Below are positions 25,348 to 25,364 of a stretch of DNA of 25,364 nucleotides, in pieces (the stretch's first letter is position 1; each line of letters opens with the position of its first letter). The notes beneath the pieces are model-generated. The model saw only the letters and a program-made list of their open reading frames with translations, searched no databases and was not told the DNA's origin. This DNA is from a virus. The stretch covers positions 73,113-98,476 of IMG/VR virus record IMGVR_UViG_3300023171_000009. One strand, 5' to 3'. The translations under genes were made by a program, and so were the position numbers.

Positions 25348-25360
25348 TGAAATCGTTGCA
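25348..25360 (+). repeat. Dispersed 13-bp motif (TGAAATCGTTGCA)
   Basis: Exact copy upstream of the collagen fibre gene. Confidence 0.9.
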
Positions 25361-25364
25361 AAAA

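Noticed and set aside
1322-25360. 13-bp repeat interpreted as a CRISPR array, IS ends or att sites
   Set aside because: The repeat is too short, copies are kilobases apart in both orientations inside intact genes, and there is no cas, transposase or integrase gene or target duplication.

Overview
This window is a gene-dense virion morphogenesis region of a contractile-tailed (myovirus-like) phage, encoded entirely on the minus strand. From right to left it holds: a collagen/FN3/LamG fibre; a beta-helix protein with a C-terminal CHB_HEX_C-type Ig domain; an XkdF-type prohead protease; a short protease-associated ORF; an acidic scaffold; the major capsid protein with a terminator; head-tail connector, head closure, HK97 gp10-like and tail terminator proteins; a P2-like baseplate (gpV, gpW, gpJ, gpI); a baseplate protein carrying an inserted, degenerate calcineurin-like phosphoesterase domain; a DUF4815 protein; a gpX-like protein; a GT32 glycosyltransferase; two small ORFs; and three consecutive signal-peptide-bearing fibre or propeller proteins. 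The last of these (1-1315) runs off the window and is missing from the ORF track. The most striking unexplained signal is a 13-bp quasi-palindrome, TG(A/C)AA-N3-TTGCA (modal TGAAATCGTTGCA). I found it 17 times by eye, in both orientations, about every 1.5 kb, at gene boundaries and in a fixed phase inside genes. Family assignments come from motif recognition only; no searches were run.
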